Below the pieces are notes generated by a model. That model was given only the letters and a program-made list of their open reading frames with translations. It had not been told where the DNA came from and did no database searches. DNA of 64,000 nt from Patescibacteria group bacterium (GTDB lineage Bacteria; Patescibacteriota; Microgenomatia; UBA1400; PJMF01), in assembly GCA_016861205.1 (NCBI GenBank), contig BOKX01000001.1:520539-584538 (forward strand), written 5' to 3'. How positions within the stretch are numbered: the first letter of the stretch is position 1; each line of letters begins with the position of its first letter. Made by a program: the position numbers and the translations under genes. Positions 57,255 through 64,000 of the stretch are shown here, in pieces.

Positions 57255-57653
57255 TTATTTTGACTCCTTATTGGCTGCAGCCACTTTGGTTTTGGCTGGA
57301 GCGGGCTTAACTTCGTCTTTAGTAACTAAAGTCACCGTCACGTGACTGGTTCGTTTGATTATTTCGTGAGCTCGGCCACGACTCACCGCTTGATAACGGC
57401 GATAACGTGGACCTTCAGTGACATGGATGTCTTTAAGGACCAAGTCACTGAACTGTAAGTGATGATTGTTGATGGCGTTCGCAATTGCTTGCTTCATCAC
57501 CTTCATAATCACCAAAGTGGATTTGCGCTCAATCACAGCCAACTGTCGGATAGCTTGCTCTAAAGGCAGCTTTTTGACAGTATTCGCCACCAATCGCAAC
57601 TTGCGAGGGGTTTGGCGTGAGTAGGATTGTCGAGCTTGAATCTGCATATACAC
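57255..57653 (-). CDS. rplV: 50S ribosomal protein L22
   Basis: 132 aa in the conserved position. Confidence 0.85.
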   Translation of the reverse strand: MYMQIQARQSYSRQTPRKLRLVANTVKKLPLEQAIRQLAVIERKSTLVIMKVMKQAIANAINNHHLQFSDLVLKDIHVTEGPRYRRYQAVSRGRAHEIIKRTSHVTVTLVTKDEVKPAPAKTKVAAANKESK

Positions 57654-57656
57654 TCT

Positions 57657-57941
57657 TTACGTCTTGGTTAAGAGCCGTTTGACGACTTTTCCGTGGCCGC
57701 GGAAGGTTCGGGTTGGGGCAAACTCGCCCAATCGGTGACCAACCATGGCTTCACTCACAAATACTTCCACAAACTTACGACCCTGATGCACCATAAAAGT
57801 GTGGCCAACAAAATCTGGAGAAATCACGCAGGCGCGACTCCAAGTTTTGATAGGCTCTTTTTTACCTGAATCCTTCTGCTTCATGACCTTGGTCAGCAGC
57901 TTGGGATCGATAAATGGTCCTTTTTTCGATGATCTTGACAT
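57657..57941 (-). CDS. rpsS: 30S ribosomal protein S19
   Basis: [16 protein letters not shown]. Confidence 0.9.
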   Translation of the reverse strand: MSRSSKKGPFIDPKLLTKVMKQKDSGKKEPIKTWSRACVISPDFVGHTFMVHQGRKFVEVFVSEAMVGHRLGEFAPTRTFRGHGKVVKRLLTKT

Positions 57942-57947
57942 AAGCTG

Positions 57948-58781
57948 TTACTTACTGCGTCTATCTCTCACAATATATTTACTACTCAACTTGCGCTTGT
58001 TGCGAGTCTTGGTACCCAAAGCATGTTTACCCCATGGGGTCTTTGGATACTTGAGACCAACACCACTTCGGCCTTCACCACCACCATGGGGGTGACTGTC
58101 AGGATGCTGGGCCGTACCACGCACAGTTGGCCGGATGCCCATTAATCGTTTGCGTCCGGCTTTACCAATTTTCTGATTTTTATGATCTTGATTTCCGACT
58201 TGGCCGATTGTAGCGAAACACTCGCCATTTATCAATCGGATCTCTCGAGATGGTAACAATACTGTCACCATGTCACCCTCTTTTGCTTGGATGAACGCTG
58301 AGGTACCGGCACCCCGCACAACCTGGGCACCCTTGCCTGGAGTCAGCTCTAAGTTGTGAATAGCGGTACCAACTGGAATCAATCTCAGTGGCAAAGCATT
58401 ACCAACTTTTACTTCAGCTTTATCACCTGACATGACTTCTGCGCCAACGTTCAAACCGTCTGGGGCTACCATGTAGCGTTTTTCGCCGTCTTTATAGACA
58501 ACTAAAGCAACGTGGGCACTGCGCATAGGATCGTACTCTAAACGACTCACTACGGCTGGAATGCCGCGCTTGTCACGACGCCAATCAATGATGCGCATTT
58601 TCTTCTTCACGCCACCACCTCGATGACGCACTGTCACATGACCTTTGTGGCCACGACCTTGGCGCTTAACGTGACCAGTCATCAAAAGTGAGCGTTCTGG
58701 CTCGCCTTTGTAAAGTTCACTGCGATCAACCACAACTTGGTTGCGACGACCGGCACTGGTGGGTTTGCGTACGATTAACAT
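57948..58781 (-). CDS. rplB: 50S ribosomal protein L2
   Basis: 277 aa. The C-terminus GRRNQ...HPHGGGEG is L2-like. Confidence 0.9.
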   Translation of the reverse strand: MLIVRKPTSAGRRNQVVVDRSELYKGEPERSLLMTGHVKRQGRGHKGHVTVRHRGGGVKKKMRIIDWRRDKRGIPAVVSRLEYDPMRSAHVALVVYKDGEKRYMVAPDGLNVGAEVMSGDKAEVKVGNALPLRLIPVGTAIHNLELTPGKGAQVVRGAGTSAFIQAKEGDMVTVLLPSREIRLINGECFATIGQVGNQDHKNQKIGKAGRKRLMGIRPTVRGTAQHPDSHPHGGGEGRSGVGLKYPKTPWGKHALGTKTRNKRKLSSKYIVRDRRSK

Positions 58782-58790
58782 ATAGTTCCG

Positions 58791-59093
58791 TTAGGCTTGG
58801 CCTCCTGATAAATCAAAGAGGGCGATAGTTTGACCTGGTTTTAACATGACTAAAGCTTTTTTGGTCGAACTTTGAACTCGCTTGATGCGTTTGCGACCAG
58901 TGGCTTTTTGACTGCGGTGACCAACGATGGTGTTAACTGAAGTCACTTCCACCTTGTACAGATCTTCCACAGCTTGTTGGATCTGAGTTTTGGAAGCTGA
59001 ACGTGCTACCTCAAAGGTGTATGTGTTAGCCAAACTGGCTAAGCGCAGCGTCTTTTCGGTAATAACTGGTTGTTTCACAATAAACGTATGCAT
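58791..59093 (-). CDS. rplW: 50S ribosomal protein L23
   Basis: 100 aa in the conserved position. Confidence 0.85.
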   Translation of the reverse strand: MHTFIVKQPVITEKTLRLASLANTYTFEVARSASKTQIQQAVEDLYKVEVTSVNTIVGHRSQKATGRKRIKRVQSSTKKALVMLKPGQTIALFDLSGGQA

Positions 59094-59095
59094 GG

Positions 59096-59830
59096 TTACT
59101 TGGTTGCCTTAGCTGTTTTTGCAACTTTTTTGACTGGCTTGGCAGCTGGTTTAGCTTTGGCAACTTTTTTAGGCGCTTCAGCTGCAACTTTTGGCTGCTC
59201 AGCTTTTGCGATGCTAGCCATTAAGCGAGTCTCTAAAACTTTCAGGGCTTCAGCGGTAGTCACGACCTTATCGGCGGCGGCTACTTCTAAGGCGGTCACT
59301 CGACCGGCGGTCATAGTCAACACATTAGCCAAGTTGGCTAAACTGCGAACGACAGCTGGCTGGGTTTCACTCAGGATCACGAGAACTCGAGCGTCTCGAC
59401 CAGCGGCGGTAGCCACTAATTGAGCTGCAGCTTTGGTCTTACCCTTGAGCTCGCTCAGACCATCGTGAATCACGACGTTCTCGATTTGAGCTAAGAGGGC
59501 TGAGTGCAAGGCTTGATGCTTGGCTCGTTGGGGCAGTGATCGCACCCAGTTTTGCATACCGTTTGGACCATGGGAAATACCACCACCAACAAAGATGTTA
59601 GCAGTTCGAGCACCATGACGGGCATTACCTGTCCCTTTTTGCTTAAACCACTTCTTTTTGGTGCGGTTCACTTCGCTACGAGTCTTTACTTTGCTGGTAC
59701 CTTGGCGGGCGTTGCTGCGGTAAACCCGGATGGCTTTGGCCAGTTCTACATCATTGACTTCACCACTCAACCAAGCTGGAAGAGCCATTTGGGACTGAGT
59801 GCCGGTAGTAGTGTAGTGAGTTAATTTCAT
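59096..59830 (-). CDS. rplD: 50S ribosomal protein L4 with a Lys/Ala-rich C-terminal tail
   Basis: The L4 core is followed by the tail [31 protein letters not shown]. Confidence 0.9.
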   Translation of the reverse strand: MKLTHYTTTGTQSQMALPAWLSGEVNDVELAKAIRVYRSNARQGTSKVKTRSEVNRTKKKWFKQKGTGNARHGARTANIFVGGGISHGPNGMQNWVRSLPQRAKHQALHSALLAQIENVVIHDGLSELKGKTKAAAQLVATAAGRDARVLVILSETQPAVVRSLANLANVLTMTAGRVTALEVAAADKVVTTAEALKVLETRLMASIAKAEQPKVAAEAPKKVAKAKPAAKPVKKVAKTAKATK

Positions 59831-59834
59831 ATGA

Positions 59835-60626
59835 TTAAGCAGCTACTTCCTCAGTAGTTGGCTGACTTGCTTCGGCTGGTACTTCAGGTTGAGCTTCAGT
59901 TTCAACTTCAGTTGCTGGAGCTGACACTGGCTCTAAACCGGCACTTGCCAAATCTAGCTCAACTGGACGAGTCTCGCCAGTTTTCTCGATGACCACTCGT
60001 GAAGTGGCGAAACCTGGCACTGGGCCACTCAGCCAAACTTCTTTGGTACTTGGATCAATGTGCAATACCACCAAACCTTTAACAGTTTGTGTTTCGGTTC
60101 CAAAGTGACCTGGCATGCGTTGACCCTTGAGAACGCGACCTGGTGTGGTACCAGCACCAATAGAACCGACGGCCCGACCTCGGTCAGATTGACCATGGGT
60201 CTTAGGACCACCGTGGAAACCGTGTCGCTTCATCGCCCCAGCAAAACCGCGACCTTTGGTCACGCCTTGCACTTGGACAACATCGCCAACACTCAGGACT
60301 TGATCTAAAGCAATTTCTTGACCAACTTGGAGAGGAGCGGCTTCGCCCTCGGCAGGTTTGGCAACTCGCAGACCAGTGATTTGTCGAACACCAAATGAAA
60401 AACCACCCTTTTCTAATCTAGAGCGGAGTGGTTTGGACATGTTTTTCAGCTTCTTAGCGCCGTAACCAATTTCGAAAATGAGGTGATCTTGAACTGCAGG
60501 TTGGGTACCGACCACCACGTTAGGTTCGACTTGACAACGTGTGACAGCCACACGTTTACCAGCCTTGGTCCAGGCTTGGGTCATGCCTAATTTGGTCGCA
60601 AACACCGTCGTTACCATATATTCCAT
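59835..60626 (-). CDS. rplC: 50S ribosomal protein L3 with an acidic C-terminal tail
   Basis: TKLGMTQAW...GKGFAG is the L3 core. The tail reads TEVETEAQPEVPAEASQPTTEEVAA. The true start may instead be the ATG at 60617. Confidence 0.85.
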   Translation of the reverse strand: MEYMVTTVFATKLGMTQAWTKAGKRVAVTRCQVEPNVVVGTQPAVQDHLIFEIGYGAKKLKNMSKPLRSRLEKGGFSFGVRQITGLRVAKPAEGEAAPLQVGQEIALDQVLSVGDVVQVQGVTKGRGFAGAMKRHGFHGGPKTHGQSDRGRAVGSIGAGTTPGRVLKGQRMPGHFGTETQTVKGLVVLHIDPSTKEVWLSGPVPGFATSRVVIEKTGETRPVELDLASAGLEPVSAPATEVETEAQPEVPAEASQPTTEEVAA

Positions 60627-60688
60627 TATCGAGCCAGCTAGTCAAAGCCTTAACGGCTAAGGGCTGTGTGAGCAAATTGCTCCTCCAT

Positions 60689-61015
60689 TTACATTTTTAT
60701 CTGAATATCAACCCCTGCTGGCAACTCTAAGTGCATCAGGGAATCGATAGTCTTGTTGGTTGGGTTGATAATTTCGATCAACCGCTTGTGAGTTCGAATC
60801 TGGTAGTGCTCTTGTGCATCCTTGTCGGTATGCGGAGACACTAACACGGTGAACCACTTGATGTGGGTTGGCAAAGGAACCGGGCCCACAACTTTGGCTC
60901 CAGTCGAGAGTGCCGTTTCAATAATCTTTTTGGCGGCTTCGTCGATTACACGATGGTCAAACGCTTTGAGTCTGACTCGAATCTTATAACCGGCTGAGGT
61001 TGGACTGGCTACCAT
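60689..61015 (-). CDS. rpsJ: 30S ribosomal protein S10
   Basis: [25 protein letters not shown]. Confidence 0.9.
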   Translation of the reverse strand: MVASPTSAGYKIRVRLKAFDHRVIDEAAKKIIETALSTGAKVVGPVPLPTHIKWFTVLVSPHTDKDAQEHYQIRTHKRLIEIINPTNKTIDSLMHLELPAGVDIQIKM

Positions 61016-61172
61016 GTTGTACTTTGTTAAATGTCTGGTTAGTTAATTACTACTTGGGCTTGTTGCACCACTGCATACAAACACAGAGCGTGATTATACC
61101 GGTTCAACGACCAGATGTAAATACTTCAGTTTGAAGTGCGTATCTTTTAGTACCAGATCAAAGTTACTGTAT

Positions 61173-61796
61173 CTAAGGCATAACCGAATTTATTTGATCA
61201 GCCAACCATATTCTGAGTTCATATAAAAACACATCTCGCATCTGCTTGAGCTCTATCCACAGCCCCATACCAACAGACTCATCATGCAAGACAGCTTCGA
61301 CCATCGGCAAATCAAAAGCTTGATCAACCAAAGGGGCGGTGGAGTCATAGCTATTGCACGGCACCCGGACCTGAATAGCTAGTTGGGCATCACCTAGGGT
61401 TAACAGAAACGTGTATGACTCCATAAAGCCTGAAAACACCTCTGAAGTCGGTGGTACCTCAAAGACCAGGTCTGGCAATCGATGAACTACATCAATGCTC
61501 TCCCACCTGTCTGGCCGAGTCACATCACTTTGTTGCAAATCATATGCTTCACCAGTGAGGGCTAGTTGTTCCGCATGGACTGGTTGAAAACGGGCCAGTT
61601 TTTGGACTACCTCAGCTTCAGTTCGTTGCTCGCGCTGTGCCAGCAGCTGATAGAGCTCAGGAGCTTCCACCAACATATATCCCCACTTTAAATCGAGCGC
61701 GCGATACTGGACTGACTCAGTTTCTCTGGAAGGATTGCTCATTTCAAACCTATCATACGATTGGTGACGCTCTAGGTCAAAATGTAACCAATACAT
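61173..61796 (-). CDS. Hypothetical protein (about 190-207 aa) between tuf and rpsJ
   Basis: An acidic protein with no known motif. Possible start codons lie at 61796 and 61742. Confidence 0.4.
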   Translation of the reverse strand: MYWLHFDLERHQSYDRFEMSNPSRETESVQYRALDLKWGYMLVEAPELYQLLAQREQRTEAEVVQKLARFQPVHAEQLALTGEAYDLQQSDVTRPDRWESIDVVHRLPDLVFEVPPTSEVFSGFMESYTFLLTLGDAQLAIQVRVPCNSYDSTAPLVDQAFDLPMVEAVLHDESVGMGLWIELKQMRDVFLYELRIWLADQINSVMP

Positions 61797-61832
61797 CTAA
61801 GTGGGTTGGATTTATTTGCAATTAAACAAATA

Positions 61833-62204
61833 TTACTCTGCCTCTAGTGTTTGAAACCCAGCCTCCAGTTCACTAAGAATGGCCATGATTTGGCTTGATT
61901 TTTCAAGCCAGACAATATCACTTGTAATAAAAAGCAACTGAAAAAAGAGTGTAGACTTTTGTTCAATGTGACTATGCAATTTCTTCTCAAAGAGTAACTG
62001 GACAGCAACGGATTCTAAAACCCAGCTTTTAATATTCTTGTTTAAGTAATCGCGTAAAACGTGTGCAAAAACAATTTTTGCTTCTGTTCCTGTCAATTTT
62101 TCTTTTGAAAAGCTAAATTCGTCTAGATACGCTAAAAGTACTTCTTCGGCTGTTGCAGCTAACAAAGGAAAACGTAATTTTTCGTATTTTTTTTTGATGG
62201 TCAT
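61833..62204 (-). CDS. Hypothetical small helical protein (about 123 aa) in an AT-rich insertion; candidate immunity or antitoxin-like partner
   Basis: The start was set to the ATG at 62202-62204 (MTIKKKYEKL). Local GC is low. It is paired with the ORF at 62266. Confidence 0.4.
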   Translation of the reverse strand: MTIKKKYEKLRFPLLAATAEEVLLAYLDEFSFSKEKLTGTEAKIVFAHVLRDYLNKNIKSWVLESVAVQLLFEKKLHSHIEQKSTLFFQLLFITSDIVWLEKSSQIMAILSELEAGFQTLEAE

Positions 62205-62265
62205 AACTCTCAAATTGAAATTGGGGAGAGAAGGTTGACTCCTCTCCCCAAATGGAGGCAGAGAC

Positions 62266-62610
62266 TTATGTAATGATTAAAGAACTTGTCCGACGCTGAA
62301 GCGCATCTTTCCATGTCACTTCGTTGCCGGGGTCCCATCTAATTACGTCTCCGGGGCCATTTGGTCTCTCATGACCACTTCCCACAATGTAGCAATGAGC
62401 GCCCTTGAAAACAACAGTGTCATAGCTTATATGACGATTTATATCTGCGTTATAGTAAACCGTATGATACACATCGTCACCATCCAATGTTGTTCCCATT
62501 CGCTTCTGCTCAACATTTTGGGCATTTCGCAGATCTGTTTTTCTGCCACTGCCATAATACAATTCGCTCAAAATTGCACCTCCTATGCTAACTGGGCGAA
62601 TCCCCTGCAT
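62266..62610 (-). CDS. Hypothetical protein (114 aa) in an AT-rich insertion; candidate toxin-like partner
   Basis: MQGIRPVSIGG...GAHCYIVGSGHERPNGPGDVIRWDPGNE shows no confident family match. An 8-bp hairpin, GGGGAGAG..CTCTCCCC at 62214-62242, separates it from the downstream ORF. Confidence 0.4.
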   Translation of the reverse strand: MQGIRPVSIGGAILSELYYGSGRKTDLRNAQNVEQKRMGTTLDGDDVYHTVYYNADINRHISYDTVVFKGAHCYIVGSGHERPNGPGDVIRWDPGNEVTWKDALQRRTSSLIIT

Positions 62611-62697
62611 CCTCGCAATTGAGAATCAGGGACTAACATTATGTTGGTTGCAGTAGAGTTTTGGAATGCATCAAATATACATATCTCATGGAAAATC

Positions 62698-62730
62698 AAA
62701 AAGCCCCTCACAAATGTGAGGGGCTTTCAT
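62698..62730 (-). terminator. Rho-independent terminator downstream of tuf (the hairpin could act in either direction)
   Basis: AAAGCCCCTCACA-AAT-GTGAGGGGCTTT is followed on the minus strand by TTTTGATTTT. Confidence 0.6.
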
Positions 62731-62749
62731 TTCTAAAATTACGCCAAAA

Positions 62750-63946
62750 TTATTTGATAACTTTGGTAATGGCACCAGCACCAATGGTGTGACCACCCTC
62801 GCGGATGGCGAAGCGCAAGCCCTCGTTCAGAGCGACTGGCACAATCAGCTTCACACTCATCTTGGCGTTGTCGCCTGGCATGACCATTTCCACACCTTCT
62901 GGGAGTTTGATCTCACCAGTCACGTCAGTGGTTCGGATGTAGAACTGAGGTCGGTAACCAGTGAAGAATGGCTTGTGTCGGCCACCTTCTTCTTTGGTTA
63001 AGATGTACACTTCAGCCTCGAACTCGGTGTGAGGAGTCACGGTACCTGGTTTGGCCAGTACTTGACCACGCTCGACGTCGTCTTTTTCGATGCCTCGCAA
63101 GAGGATACCGACGTTGTCACCAGCTTGACCCTCGTCCAGCATTTTGCGGAACATTTCGACACCAGTAACGGTAGTCTTTCGAGTGTCTTTCAAGCCAACA
63201 ACTTCGATTTCTTCACCAACTTTGATCTTGCCTGAGTCGATACGACCAGTCACGACGGTACCACGACCCTTGATTGAGAAGACGTCTTCAACGCCCATCA
63301 AGAATGGTTTGTCGAGGTCACGAACTGGATCTGGGACGTACTCGTCGACAGTGTTCATCAGTTCCATGATCTTGTCTTGGTAGGTGGCATCACCTTCCAA
63401 AGCTTTGAGAGCTGAAACACGGACGATAGGAGTGTTGTCACCATCGTAACCGTATTTACTCAGCAACTCGCGGATTTCCATCTCAACGAGGTCGAGCAGT
63501 TCAGCGTCATCGACCATGTCACATTTGTTGAGAGCCACGACCAATTTTGGCACGTTGACCTGTTTGGCCAACAGAATGTGCTCTCGAGTTTGTGGCATAG
63601 GACCGTCGGTCGCAGCCACCACCAAAATAGCACCGTCCATCTGGGCGGCACCGGTGATCATGTTCTTGATGTAGTCAGCGTGACCTGGAGCGTCGATGTG
63701 AGCGTAGTGACGCTTGGCGGTTTCGTACTCTAAGTGTGAGATGTTAATAGTAACACCACGAGCTGCCTCTTCAGGAGCGTTGTCGATGTCACCATAACCC
63801 ATAGCCTTGTTCAAAGGTGATGGAACCTTGGCAGCCAAAGTTGTAGTGATGGCGGCTGACAGGGTGGTTTTACCATGGTCAACGTGACCGATGGTACCAA
63901 TGTTGACGTGAGGTTTGTTGCGAACAAACTTTTGGGCGTCTGCCAT
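62750..63946 (-). CDS. tuf: Elongation factor Tu
   Basis: [18 protein letters not shown] and NKCD GTPase motifs; 398 aa. Confidence 0.95.
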   Translation of the reverse strand: MADAQKFVRNKPHVNIGTIGHVDHGKTTLSAAITTTLAAKVPSPLNKAMGYGDIDNAPEEAARGVTINISHLEYETAKRHYAHIDAPGHADYIKNMITGAAQMDGAILVVAATDGPMPQTREHILLAKQVNVPKLVVALNKCDMVDDAELLDLVEMEIRELLSKYGYDGDNTPIVRVSALKALEGDATYQDKIMELMNTVDEYVPDPVRDLDKPFLMGVEDVFSIKGRGTVVTGRIDSGKIKVGEEIEVVGLKDTRKTTVTGVEMFRKMLDEGQAGDNVGILLRGIEKDDVERGQVLAKPGTVTPHTEFEAEVYILTKEEGGRHKPFFTGYRPQFYIRTTDVTGEIKLPEGVEMVMPGDNAKMSVKLIVPVALNEGLRFAIREGGHTIGAGAITKVIK

Positions 63947-64000
63947 ATTTGTTTCCTCCAGTGAGTACGATTTAACTGTACCTACTTGTTATTACGTATT

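Noticed and set aside
61016-61172. A putative S10-operon leader or attenuator upstream of rpsJ.
   Set aside because: I could not identify a convincing promoter or L4-binding-like structure by eye. It is left unannotated.

Overview
This window comes from a bacterial chromosome of roughly 50% GC with hallmarks of the Candidate Phyla Radiation (Patescibacteria). There is no L30 gene between rpsE and rplO. Several ribosomal proteins carry Lys/Ala-rich tails. Lamin-tail-domain surface proteins and many GT-C-type membrane glycosyltransferases are present. TGA is used as a stop codon (genetic code 11). Positions 1 to about 28.2 kb form a large cell-envelope glycan and glycosylation supercluster. It includes five tandem GT2/GT4 genes, a Wzx flippase, an LCP protein, rfbB and rfbD, ugd, gmd plus an Rmd-like reductase, two Dpm1/GtrB-like polyprenol-phosphate-sugar synthases each paired with a polytopic GT-C-like membrane protein, and several further paralogous GT-C-like membrane proteins. 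trmD is also embedded in this region. Positions 28.2 to 33 kb are a lower-density accessory stretch. It contains small signal-peptide proteins, each with its own promoter and terminator. It also contains a hypothetical protein with a C-terminal winged helix, a degenerate tRNA-like element with an inverted partial duplication, and two paralogous promoter plus structured-leader units. Positions 32.9 to 38.8 kb look like one operon: GT2, a giant membrane protein of about 1100 aa, a Ser/Thr/Pro-rich lamin-tail-domain surface protein, and a VanZ-like protein. Positions 38.8 to 43.4 kb hold hup and an ABC-2 exporter with one ATPase and four permeases. Positions 43.5 to 64 kb on the minus strand hold the conserved ribosomal block tuf, S10, spc and alpha, running from tuf through rpsJ to rpsI. 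It lacks L30, contains hypothetical genes inserted between adk, map and infA, and has an AT-rich three-gene insertion between tuf and rpsJ. No CRISPR array, integrase or transposase was seen.
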